From: a virus
Taxonomy: Duplodnaviria; Heunggongvirae; Uroviricota; Caudoviricetes
DNA: 64,000 nucleotides
Direction: 5' to 3' (one strand)
Virus record (IMG/VR): IMGVR_UViG_2785510761_000002
Below are positions 46,140 through 54,877 of this stretch, piece after piece. Under the pieces are notes generated by a model. The model made no database searches and was not told where the DNA came from. It saw nothing but the letters and a program-made list of their open reading frames with translations. Made by a program: the position numbers and the translations under genes. Within the stretch, counting starts at the first letter, position 1. Each line of letters begins with the position of its first letter.

Positions 46140-47660
46140 TTACGCCTCTGAGCCAGACGCCTCTTCAGGCAGCCAGGATGATGCGCTGAGGTCAATTGAC
46201 TGTTCGGACACCACGACGTCTGCCACTTCGTCGGTATGCCCATGCGCGCCAGCGCTGTGTGCTTGGGCGCGGCCGGCAGCCGCTCCTGCTGCACCGCCGG
46301 TAACCGCGCCGTTCAGCATGGACACAAGGTCGATCCCCACGGTGTCCTTTGCCATTTCCAGCAGGCCCTTAATGTTGCCCATCGCGTCACCCGCAACCTT
46401 GGCGGTGCCATCGGCGGACACAACAGTCATCTGATCGATGTTGCCGATGGCCTGGGCGTACTCGCCAGCGATCGTCGGAAGGAGCGCAATGAGATCCTGA
46501 GCGAGTACGGCATGTGCCTGCTGCTCGAGCGCCTTCGAGCGGGCACCGATCGCTGAAGCCTCAGCCGCACCCTTGGCCTCGATGGCTGCCGCTTCCGCGC
46601 GTCCCTCGGCCGCGACTGCCTCTGAGGCCGCGATACGGGCCGCGCGGGCCGCGAGGCCCTCACGCTCGACCGCCTGCGCGCGGCCGTCCGCCGCCGAAAC
46701 GGCAGCCGCGGCCTCGGCCTTCGCGAGCGCCTCGACCTTGTAGGCCTCGGCTTCGGCGACGGCGCGAACGTCGGCGTTGAGCTTCTCGGTGCGCAGCGCG
46801 ACTTCCTTCTGCGCGGTGATCTGCTGCTGCTCGACGATCGCTTGCTGCTGGATCGCCTGTTCGAGCGGGTCGGCCGCCTGCGCCTGCGCGTTCGCTTTGT
46901 CGGTCTCAGCCTGGATCTCGGCCTGGCGGAGCTTCAGCTCACGGTTGCGGTCAAGCAGCACCTTCTCAGCGCCGATCTTCGCCTCTTCAGACGCCTGGTA
47001 CGCGTTCGTCTCGGCGATGTCAGCAGCCTGGCGCACCTTCGCCGCCTCCGGGCGACCGATGTTCGCGATATAGTCGGCGCCGTCGCGGATCTCCTGGATC
47101 TGCAGCGTATCGACGACGAGGCCCTGTTTCGTCAGCGCTTCCTCGGCGGCTTCGAGCACGCTCTGGGCGACGACCGCGCGGTCGCGGATGATCTGCAACA
47201 CCGTGAGACCACCGATGATCGAACGCAGCGACCCCGAGAGGACCTCCTCAGTTGATACGTCAATCTCATCCGGGTTCGAGAGGAATCGCTGGGCTGCGCT
47301 GCGGATCATCTCCTTCGTGCCGCCCACCTTCACGACGGCGACCGCGCGGGCCTGCATCGTGATGCCGTCGGTGGTCTGCGCTTCCGTGGCGATCGTCAGC
47401 CGGCGCGACTGCAGACTGATGGAATACGACTTCTGTACGAACGGGACAACGAAGATACCGCCGCCAGTCACGACCTTCTGGCCGGAGAGGTCGCGGACAC
47501 GTCTCCCGTCGCTGTCGACGACTTCTTTGCCGTTGCCTCCGGTAACGATGATCGCTTCGTCAGGTTTGGCGATCCGGTAGCGCTTGATGATCATCAGTGC
47601 GATGAGCACAAGCACGAAGATGGCGGCAAAGATGCCGGCGATGGATGGTGCGAACAGCAC
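46140..47660 (-). CDS. SPFH/Band-7 family protein (flotillin-like)
   Basis: GTG start with RBS AGGAG. TM helix IAGIFAAIFVLVLIALMII. SPFH core followed by a long Ala/Glu/Gln-rich coiled-coil (AQAQAA...EAEAYKVEALAKAEAAAAV). Confidence 0.75.
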   Translation of the reverse strand: MLFAPSIAGIFAAIFVLVLIALMIIKRYRIAKPDEAIIVTGGNGKEVVDSDGRRVRDLSGQKVVTGGGIFVVPFVQKSYSISLQSRRLTIATEAQTTDGITMQARAVAVVKVGGTKEMIRSAAQRFLSNPDEIDVSTEEVLSGSLRSIIGGLTVLQIIRDRAVVAQSVLEAAEEALTKQGLVVDTLQIQEIRDGADYIANIGRPEAAKVRQAADIAETNAYQASEEAKIGAEKVLLDRNRELKLRQAEIQAETDKANAQAQAADPLEQAIQQQAIVEQQQITAQKEVALRTEKLNADVRAVAEAEAYKVEALAKAEAAAAVSAADGRAQAVEREGLAARAARIAASEAVAAEGRAEAAAIEAKGAAEASAIGARSKALEQQAHAVLAQDLIALLPTIAGEYAQAIGNIDQMTVVSADGTAKVAGDAMGNIKGLLEMAKDTVGIDLVSMLNGAVTGGAAGAAAGRAQAHSAGAHGHTDEVADVVVSEQSIDLSASSWLPEEASGSEA

Positions 47661-47688
47661 GGTACTCCTGTCTGGCCAGGTGGCCGGG

Positions 47689-48093
47689 TTATGCGGTGCC
47701 CGTCGAGCCGAAGCCTGCGGTGCCGCGTTCGGTGTCGTCGAGGCTGTCCGCCTCCACGATGGTTGGTGAGATGAACGGGGTGATGACCAGCTGCGCGATG
47801 CGCATTCCCGGCTCCACGGTGAAGGGCTGGTCACCGTGGTTGATGAGGTTCACCCCTACATCGCCGCGGTACCCGGAATCGACAACGCCAGGCCCGTTGA
47901 CGACTCCGATCCCATGTTTTGCTGCGAGGCCAGAACGTGGGCAGACCAGACCGACAGTCCCGGCCGGCAGTGCGATCCTGGTGCCAGTGGGGAGTAACTG
48001 GTGCTCGCCCGGTGCGAGCGTGACGGCCTCCGCGTCTGGGTCGTATCGGAGGTCCAGCCCAGCATCTCCGGGGTTTGCTGCGGCTGGAACCAC
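47689..48093 (-). CDS. dut: dUTP diphosphatase
   Basis: Motifs AGLDLRY, RSGLAAKHGIGVVNGPGVVDSGYRGDVGVNLINHG, RIAQLV. The true start is uncertain: the ORF extends to 48258 through an AT-rich stretch, and a GTG at 48093 gives a canonical-length protein. Confidence 0.75.
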   Translation of the reverse strand: MVPAAANPGDAGLDLRYDPDAEAVTLAPGEHQLLPTGTRIALPAGTVGLVCPRSGLAAKHGIGVVNGPGVVDSGYRGDVGVNLINHGDQPFTVEPGMRIAQLVITPFISPTIVEADSLDDTERGTAGFGSTGTA

Positions 48094-48281
48094 ACCGACA
48101 ACGTGAAGCTCATCGTCCTTCGAGGCGCAGGTTGGGGTGGACTTGGGTCCTCGAATGGCGGAGTATCTCAAGAAAATCTCGAAAAACATGTACGAGCCGA
48201 TGAGTACGCAAATGAGCGAAATGTACACGAAAATGAGAAGGTGAAAAGCATCAGTCATGCCTTTGTGAATGCGCGGCGCCG

Positions 48282-49571
48282 CTAAAATCCGCCGATCCGA
48301 GCTCGGCGCTCACGGTCAGCCTGCTTCTCCCGCTGCGCTTTGAGTCGGTCCTCGTGGGAGCCTTCGCGCACCTTCCTTTTTTCCTCTTCCTCCTTGCGGA
48401 GAGCCAGGTACTTCTCCTGAGATTCGAGCAGCGCCTTGCGCGCTGGTGCGACCGCACGGTGCGCTTCGACGAAGTTTCTCCCGTGGAGGCCGCCGTGCTC
48501 CGCTTCAAGCTTGCGCACCTTCGCCTCCTTGCGGAGCGAATCCTCCCTCTGCAGGTCGGCGGGGGTGCGCTCGTCGGGGATCGAGTCGAGGTAGTCGAAC
48601 GTGGCTTTGGAGACGCGATACGAGGAATGATCATCCTGAACGATGGCGTAACGGAATTTGATGTTCGCCCCTTCGCCCTCGGCGTAAACCGAGCGGTGAG
48701 AGGCCCCGTCACGCTCGAGGATTTGGTGCAGCGAGCGCACGTTACCCTCGCGGTCGCGCCATAGCTGATCAAGGTCCTTGTTGATGCGCTGGCGCGCAGC
48801 CCCGGTTACGGAATCGGGGATGCGGTCGGGGATCGCAACCGGTTTGTTTTTTGGCTTCTCCTCCACCTCTTTGAGCGGAAGCTGGGGGTGGCGATCTTGG
48901 TCAGCGACGAAATGACCCTGGCTCTTGTCGTGCGCCCGGTACTCGTCGCGATCGACCAGAAATTCGGCCTCGTCTCCGTCCGACTTCCGGTGACCTGAGA
49001 TCACCACCTTGTCGGGGAACGCCTCACTTCCGCGCGCGGAGACCACTGCGAATTCGTTGAATGCTTGCTGATCAGCGAGCCGCTCACGGAGCACACCTGA
49101 CTGCTCCGGTGACACTTTCTGGCCGGTGGCTTTCTCGAATTCATCCGGGTACCACTCGCGCAGTCCACGCTCCGCGACCTCTCGCATGTATTCCGGGTCG
49201 TTGTGAGAGAACTCGTGAGCCATCTCGTCAGCGAAGTAGTAGAACGGGGCGTGAGATTCGCAGTCCTCCTCGTACCAGCCGTTCTTCTGTCGAAGCGCCG
49301 GAGGGATTTTGGCGTTCCGTTCACGGCTGAGCTTCACGCCGCCGTGCCCTGCAGTGGAAACGATGGAAATGCCCGGCGCGGGCTGTGTCACATGATCTGC
49401 GTTGCCCCACGGGGTGCGGGAGTCCACATGGATGCCAGTGTCGCCCCAGTTCTGATGTTCAACAGCCGGAGGTGGCGTGGCAGTGCTGCGTTCATGTGAC
49501 GCGAAACTTCCGCCGCTGCCACCGTTCGCTGTCGCCCCGAGTCCCTGGTCTTTGCGCCGTGAAGTGCTCAT
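48282..49571 (-). CDS. leader-family protein 6 (MSTSRRKDQGLGATANGGSGGSFASHERSTATPPP...)
   Basis: Conserved leader. Upstream GCCGTCAGTAATCAACGC-ATG. Confidence 0.7.
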   Translation of the reverse strand: MSTSRRKDQGLGATANGGSGGSFASHERSTATPPPAVEHQNWGDTGIHVDSRTPWGNADHVTQPAPGISIVSTAGHGGVKLSRERNAKIPPALRQKNGWYEEDCESHAPFYYFADEMAHEFSHNDPEYMREVAERGLREWYPDEFEKATGQKVSPEQSGVLRERLADQQAFNEFAVVSARGSEAFPDKVVISGHRKSDGDEAEFLVDRDEYRAHDKSQGHFVADQDRHPQLPLKEVEEKPKNKPVAIPDRIPDSVTGAARQRINKDLDQLWRDREGNVRSLHQILERDGASHRSVYAEGEGANIKFRYAIVQDDHSSYRVSKATFDYLDSIPDERTPADLQREDSLRKEAKVRKLEAEHGGLHGRNFVEAHRAVAPARKALLESQEKYLALRKEEEEKRKVREGSHEDRLKAQREKQADRERRARIGGF

Positions 49572-49631
49572 GCGTTGATTACTGACGGCAGCGCGCGCTC
49601 GGTCGCACTTGGTGCCCTTAAGCGGCAGAGC

Positions 49632-50549
49632 TTAGAGGAACGGAGCGCGGGCGTGCTGGCGGTAGGTGCTTGCGCTCCTTGCGGAGCTGGGATCATCCCG
49701 GCGAGCACGTTCGCGGATGTCGTCCGGCACGTCGATCTGCGCGCTGAGAATCACCCAGGCCGCGGTGCCGGTGATTTTCTGATCCGGGTTTCGGCGAGCA
49801 TCATGCACGCGTGCGATGGCCTCGTACGTGATGCTTTCGGCGTGGAAGTTTTGATCCTCAAGCGTGTCGGCCAGGGTGAGCAGGTTGTCGTGCTCGTTGT
49901 CGCTCAGCTCACCGCGAGTGGCGGGGCCGAGAGTGTCGTCTGCGAGCTGTTTTCCGCGAAGCATCTGCGCGTCGGTGAGCCCGTCGCCGGCCGCGGCCTC
50001 AGTGTTCAAACGGTCGGCTCGATACGCTGCGGGCTGGTCGCTCTCGTGCTCAGTGCCACCGTGCTTTGCGTATCGCTCACAAAGCGCCGACAGCTCACCC
50101 TGCTTCTTCTGAGTCTTCGAGTCTGCTGCGTACTGCCTGCACTCTGCCGCCAGGTCGTGGCTCACGTGCCCGTCGTCGAGAAATCTGCGGAGAGCGGGGT
50201 ACTTCTTCAGTGCGCTGATCTGCATCCGATGATCCGGCCCACGCCAGGCGTGGGCCATAGCAAGCCGCCAGTCAGCCTGACGAACAGTGCCTTCTTCGCT
50301 CAGTGAATCGTCGATCCAGTTGATGTCCGACTTGATCCGCCCGTTTTTGTAGGCCAGCAGTCGCTCCTCAGCCGCATTCCAGATGCGGGCGTGCGCGCTT
50401 TGCTCGGCCGCCAGGGCGCTGATGTGCTCGCTCAACGAAATAGGAGGCGGCGTAGCCCCTTCACGTTCATGGGCGGCGAAGCTGCCGCCGCTGCCGCCAG
50501 CTGCGGTCTTCCCGAGGCCATGATCCTGTCTACGCGAGATGTTGCTCAT
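49632..50549 (-). CDS. leader-family protein 7 (MSNISRRQDHGLGKTAAGGSGGSFAAHEREGATPPP...)
   Basis: Conserved leader. Upstream GCCGCTCGTAATACCGCC-ATG. Confidence 0.7.
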   Translation of the reverse strand: MSNISRRQDHGLGKTAAGGSGGSFAAHEREGATPPPISLSEHISALAAEQSAHARIWNAAEERLLAYKNGRIKSDINWIDDSLSEEGTVRQADWRLAMAHAWRGPDHRMQISALKKYPALRRFLDDGHVSHDLAAECRQYAADSKTQKKQGELSALCERYAKHGGTEHESDQPAAYRADRLNTEAAAGDGLTDAQMLRGKQLADDTLGPATRGELSDNEHDNLLTLADTLEDQNFHAESITYEAIARVHDARRNPDQKITGTAAWVILSAQIDVPDDIRERARRDDPSSARSASTYRQHARAPFL

Positions 50550-50556
50550 GGCGGTA

Positions 50557-51033
50557 TTACGAGCGGCTGAGCGGGACTACGAAGATCATTTCGCCGTCAG
50601 GATCCTCTGTCTCTACGGACGCTGAGGTCTCAGTGAAGTTCATGTGGTTGACGAGCGCTCTCATCTCCTGCTCGTCATTGTTGGTGATCTGCATCTCATT
50701 CCCGAACTCATCGCGAACCGAGTAGAAGACAAGCTGCGAGCTGTCTTCTGGGGCGTAGTCCAGTGTCACCGCAGACACCTCCTCATCCGGGAAGAGTCCA
50801 CCAGTTCCGGCAATCAGGGTGTCGTTGATCGCCTGAAGGTGCTGCGCTGAATCCACACCATCTCGTGAAGCTGTCTCATGCAGCTGAACAAGGTGACCGT
50901 CCACCGTAAGGATGCCGGTAGCCCGGGGCGGAACATCAGCTGTATCACGTTCATGCGCAGCAAAACTGCCGCCGCTGCCGCCTGCAGCTGTCCTCCCGAG
51001 ACCTTGATCTTGCCTGCGCACATTGTTGCTCAT
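50557..51033 (-). CDS. leader-family protein 8 (MSNNVRRQDQGLGRTAAGGSGGSFAAHERDTADVPP...)
   Basis: Start moved to the internal ATG preceded by GCCGCCCGTAATACTGTGC. Confidence 0.7.
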   Translation of the reverse strand: MSNNVRRQDQGLGRTAAGGSGGSFAAHERDTADVPPRATGILTVDGHLVQLHETASRDGVDSAQHLQAINDTLIAGTGGLFPDEEVSAVTLDYAPEDSSQLVFYSVRDEFGNEMQITNNDEQEMRALVNHMNFTETSASVETEDPDGEMIFVVPLSRS

Positions 51034-51090
51034 GCACAGTATTACGGGCGGCACCGCCATGTAGCTGCCGCCCGTCACTGCGCCAATGGC

Positions 51091-51903
51091 CTAATGATCA
51101 GCGGGGCGTGCCGCGTGGATTGCGTCGAAGAAGGCGTGCGAATCTTCGTCGTCATTCGGGCGCCCGCTCTCGTACCTCTCCATCGCTTCGTCGACCCAGG
51201 CGTCGATGTCCCCGTCTTCGAAGAAGGTGACGCGCTCTCCGTCGTTCATCTCGTTGGCTGACTCGCCAAGATGCGTGCGTAGTTCCTGTTCAAAGTCGCC
51301 GCGAGAGCGCACGTTGCCGATCACATCTCCGCTGCTGCGCATGTTTGACCAGAGCCGGGAGAATGAGTTGTCGTCAAACTCACCGTCGGTGTCGATGTAC
51401 CGACGGTGCAGACCTGTCAGGTCTGCGGCAAGTGCCTCGTCGAGGTCGACGGAGTGGGTGGCGTATTCACGCTTCGAGTACGGCACTGGTCGCGGTGAGT
51501 CGAGCGCCAGTTCCGTGAAAAAATCGTCGTCATCGTCGGAGATGTCGATGCTACTGCCGTCAGAACGAGTGATCTCGCTGAAGCTCCAACAGTTCTCCCC
51601 GTCGCCGTTCTCCAGCATCTCAAAAGTGTGGGCGTCCGGGTATTGCTGCTTTACGTGGGCGGCGACCTGCATGTCATACAGCTGTTCAGACTGCTGTTGC
51701 AGTTTCTTCTGCATGTCAAGGAAATGCTGCTGCGTTTTCTCGGCTTGGCGCACGAGGCTGGCGTACTGCTCAGGCGTGCGCTGCACGGACTGCGCCGGGG
51801 GAGCCGCTGCTGATGCACGGTCGTGTGAGGCGAAACTGCCGCCGCTTCCGCCGGCCGCGGTCTTCCCGAGGCCCTGATCCTGTCTGCGAGTGATGTTGCT
51901 CAT
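51091..51903 (-). CDS. leader-family protein 9 (MSNITRRQDQGLGKTAAGGSGGSFASHDRASAAAPP...)
   Basis: Start moved to the internal ATG preceded by GCCGCCCGTAATAACTGC. Confidence 0.7.
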   Translation of the reverse strand: MSNITRRQDQGLGKTAAGGSGGSFASHDRASAAAPPAQSVQRTPEQYASLVRQAEKTQQHFLDMQKKLQQQSEQLYDMQVAAHVKQQYPDAHTFEMLENGDGENCWSFSEITRSDGSSIDISDDDDDFFTELALDSPRPVPYSKREYATHSVDLDEALAADLTGLHRRYIDTDGEFDDNSFSRLWSNMRSSGDVIGNVRSRGDFEQELRTHLGESANEMNDGERVTFFEDGDIDAWVDEAMERYESGRPNDDEDSHAFFDAIHAARPADH

Positions 51904-51958
51904 GCAGTTATTACGGGCGGCACAGCGCCCCGCCATGCCGCGCGTGTTCACCAACGCA

Positions 51959-53368
51959 TCAGTCGATGTTGTTCGCGACGAGCCACTCGGGACTGTACTC
52001 ACGCACGAATCCTGCATTGATGTGCACCTGACGGCGCTCGTGCTGCAGGGCAGAGATGTCGTCATGCAACTGGTTGTAGTGAGCGTCGAGCTTGTCGAGC
52101 TCTGCTTCGCTCACCGAATCCCGGTCGAATCGTGCATGCCTGTCGCCGTACGCGCGGAGTTCCCGCTGTTTCGCTGAGAGCTGCGCTCCCAGGTCGCTGA
52201 GTGCCTGCTGCTGAGCCTGCGGCGACAGCCTGCCGTCACTATTGCGCTCGTACTTCTGCTCGTCGTACTGTGCGTCGGTCATGTCGTTCACGTCTACGTC
52301 GTAGTAGGGCTTGTGCACGCCGGCGGTGTCATCCCAGCCGTACCTGCCAGCTGAGCCACCGGAGTCCAGGTGCGCTGGTCGATCGCTGTCCAGTGTCACG
52401 GTGAGCGGGACGCTGAGCTGGGCGTCGTAGCCGGAACCGTTCACGGTGTCGAGCAAGACAATCGATGATTTCCCTGTTTGGTTCTCTCGGCTTCCGAGTG
52501 GTGCGCCGCCGATGCGGATGGTTCGCCCCTGCTCGGGGTCGCTGGAGGCGCGAGCGTCGCGGATGTCGCCGTACCAGATCGCATCCAGCCGGACCCCTTC
52601 ATGCCAGTAGTGCGGCCCTTCCGTGGCGAGCGAGCGCACCTGGGCGCGATCCTCGGCAGTGAACTGTGATGTGTCCACGCCGATCTCGCCGAGGTGCCGC
52701 AACAGGTAGTCCTCACGAGCTTCGATGGCCTTGTCGGCGTTGCCGTCGTATAGCTGCGCGCTCGTGTATCCGCGCTCGTTCTCTCGCTCCCATTCGGTAG
52801 CGTGGTCGAGCAGCGCCCCTTGGCTCAGCGGCGCTCGCATCAGCTGGGAGTGGGTGTTCTTAGCGAGGCCTTCCTGAGGGTCGCTGGTGTCGTGCTCTTC
52901 GACGATCTCCCGGAGACGATCCTTCACTGTATCGTCAACGTCGATAGGGTCAGCGCCCCACTCTTCGAGCATCTCATTGACCTGCTCTTCCGCAGCGGTC
53001 CTGCGGTGCTCGAAGAACAGCTCCTGTAGTTCGTCGTCGAGCTCGCCGTCCACGTCGCCGGCAAGGTACGTGTCGATCTGCTCGTCGAAAAGCTGGTCGT
53101 CGTAGTCGATGAAGATGAGGTCTGATGATGTGTTGGATTGTGCCCAGTTCGAGGCGACATCCCAAAGCTCCTCGTCGCTGAACTCGTTATCATCGCAGCC
53201 GTCTCCGAGGAAGTTGATCACCTCTTGGTTCGGGATAGTGCTCTTCTCCGGCTCTGACAGGGCAGGCCCATCTGTCGGTGCGCGGTCATGGCTCGCGAAG
53301 CTCCCGCCGCTGCCACCCGCCGCGGTCTTCCCGAGACCCTGATCCTGCCTGCGCGTAATGTTGCTCAT
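51959..53368 (-). CDS. leader-family protein 10 (MSNITRRQDQGLGKTAAGGSGGSFASHDRAPTDGP...)
   Basis: Conserved leader. Upstream GCCGCTCGTAATCAGCTGT-ATG, only about 20 nt after the stop of the upstream gene. Confidence 0.7.
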   Translation of the reverse strand: MSNITRRQDQGLGKTAAGGSGGSFASHDRAPTDGPALSEPEKSTIPNQEVINFLGDGCDDNEFSDEELWDVASNWAQSNTSSDLIFIDYDDQLFDEQIDTYLAGDVDGELDDELQELFFEHRRTAAEEQVNEMLEEWGADPIDVDDTVKDRLREIVEEHDTSDPQEGLAKNTHSQLMRAPLSQGALLDHATEWERENERGYTSAQLYDGNADKAIEAREDYLLRHLGEIGVDTSQFTAEDRAQVRSLATEGPHYWHEGVRLDAIWYGDIRDARASSDPEQGRTIRIGGAPLGSRENQTGKSSIVLLDTVNGSGYDAQLSVPLTVTLDSDRPAHLDSGGSAGRYGWDDTAGVHKPYYDVDVNDMTDAQYDEQKYERNSDGRLSPQAQQQALSDLGAQLSAKQRELRAYGDRHARFDRDSVSEAELDKLDAHYNQLHDDISALQHERRQVHINAGFVREYSPEWLVANNID

Positions 53369-53387
53369 ACAGCTGATTACGAGCGGC

Positions 53388-53738
53388 CTATTTGCCCTCA
53401 GTGTCTGAGAGCACCTCGGTGCCGTGGATTGTCAGGCTCGAGCGGTACGCCAGCGCATAGCGGGCTACGTCATCTTCGCCGGTTACTCGGGTCTTGGTGT
53501 CGTTCGGGATGTCTAGCCTGAACAGCTCCACCTCCTCGCCGGTGAATACCGCAGCAGAAATGTCGGCCTGTGCGCGTTCGAGCACGGTCTTTTCATACGT
53601 ACGGAAGAGTGATTCGGTTCCGCCGAACGTCCGGGCCAGTTCCTCGCCTGCCATGGAAAAAGCGGTACACGCCGACAGCGTGACGCCGAGTATCGTCGCG
53701 CTGAGGACGGCCGCCTCCCAGAATTGTGTTCGGTTCAT
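53388..53738 (-). CDS. hypothetical lipoprotein/secreted protein
   Basis: Signal peptide with lipobox-like LSAC. Confidence 0.45.
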   Translation of the reverse strand: MNRTQFWEAAVLSATILGVTLSACTAFSMAGEELARTFGGTESLFRTYEKTVLERAQADISAAVFTGEEVELFRLDIPNDTKTRVTGEDDVARYALAYRSSLTIHGTEVLSDTEGK

Positions 53739-53770
53739 CGTTCCTTCTTCTGAGCCAGGTGGCCAGACGG

Positions 53771-53986
53771 CTACTGGTTCGAGAGCGCGTACAGACGTTT
53801 GGACATCACGATCATCTCCCGCGCCTCTTTGCCACGCCCGCGCGAATCCAGCAGCTTCACTCCGTCCGCATTCAGCCTCTCAGCTTCGGACTTCATCGCT
53901 TCCTTTTGGAGATCGGTCAGCTCGCTCGGGTCGATCTTGGTGAGCGACTCGATATACCTCGACGTGATTGTGACCCGACGTGTCAT
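53771..53986 (-). CDS. hypothetical small protein
   Basis: 71 aa. CCGCGCATTCATAGGGC-ATG start-proximal motif. Confidence 0.4.
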   Translation of the reverse strand: MTRRVTITSRYIESLTKIDPSELTDLQKEAMKSEAERLNADGVKLLDSRGRGKEAREMIVMSKRLYALSNQ

Positions 53987-54102
53987 GCCCTATGAATGCG
54001 CGGTCATGTTGAAAATCGGGCAAAAATGAGCTCCGAAGTCGTGAAGTGATGTGCCTCTGAGTGAGCCTGTGTATTGAATGTCATTGGTCTTGCCTAAAGT
54101 GA

Positions 54103-54633
54103 GTGCTGGGACGTTACCTGAGGAAAGGGAAGAATGAGATGGACGGCAATAGTGCTGCGGATTTAGTCGCGGCTGAAACCCCGGAGGGTCTTGGTGAGCG
54201 CGGTGAGCGGATTGATGCAGCTCGCGAGCTTGACCTCGTTGTCTCTGCGTTCGGAGACAAACGCCCGTGGACATTAGACGGCTTCGTGGAGGGCATCCCA
54301 TGGCCTGCAGAGCATGCCTCCCTGTTTGAAGCGGCTTCGTTACTTCGCGATGACGATGAGATCGGTTTTGACACCCCGATGATCAACCTGGAGCATGCAG
54401 GACATCTCGGAGATGCCACCGACCGGCTCGACTCCATTCGCGGAGCGTGGGAGGCCGAGGGGCGCACCGTGTTCCAGATGAAGGAGTCGCCAGACGGCGG
54501 GCAGGTTGCGTACATTTGGTCATATGGCCATGGACTGAAGACAGAAGTCTCTGCGCATGCCTCAGACGATGAGACGCTCTTCAGAGTGGAGATCACCGTG
54601 ACGGCCCCGCCTCCGGGGGTAGGCCGCATGTAA
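54103..54633 (+). CDS. hypothetical protein
   Basis: 176-aa ORF; alternative start MDGNSAADL. Confidence 0.45.
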   Translation: MLGRYLRKGKNEMDGNSAADLVAAETPEGLGERGERIDAARELDLVVSAFGDKRPWTLDGFVEGIPWPAEHASLFEAASLLRDDDEIGFDTPMINLEHAGHLGDATDRLDSIRGAWEAEGRTVFQMKESPDGGQVAYIWSYGHGLKTEVSAHASDDETLFRVEITVTAPPPGVGRM

Positions 54634-54640
54634 TGCAGGC

Positions 54641-54859
54641 ATGAAGACCAGCACGCGACGGGGCGATCTCGGCCTCGGCAAGACCGCACGCGGTGGAAAC
54701 AACGGAAGCTATGTAGTCCACGAAAGGCAGGACGGCGCGCCTCCGCCCCTATCGCAAAGATCGCTTGATCGCGGGTTTGACACGCTCGACGAGAAACTTG
54801 CTGCAATGACGCAGGAAGTCTCAGAGGCGGTAGAGCGGCTGCAGGGCGACGACGAGTGA
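54641..54859 (+). CDS. leader-only minigene of the leader family (MKTSTRRGDLGLGKTARGGNNGSYVVHERQDGAPPP plus a 35-aa tail)
   Basis: Only plus-strand family member. Preceded by GCCGCATGTAATGCAGGC-ATG. Immediately upstream of the ArdC-like gene. Confidence 0.55.
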   Translation: MKTSTRRGDLGLGKTARGGNNGSYVVHERQDGAPPPLSQRSLDRGFDTLDEKLAAMTQEVSEAVERLQGDDE

Positions 54860-54877
54860 CATAGGTACCTGGACGCA

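Noticed and set aside
7760-53330. P-loop (Walker A) or Tat signal in the shared leader (GLGKTAAGGSGGS; TRRQD)
   Set aside because: The spacing does not match GxxxxGK[ST]: there is no Gly five residues before the GK. There is no hydrophobic h-region after the RR, so neither an NTPase motif nor a twin-arginine signal is supported.
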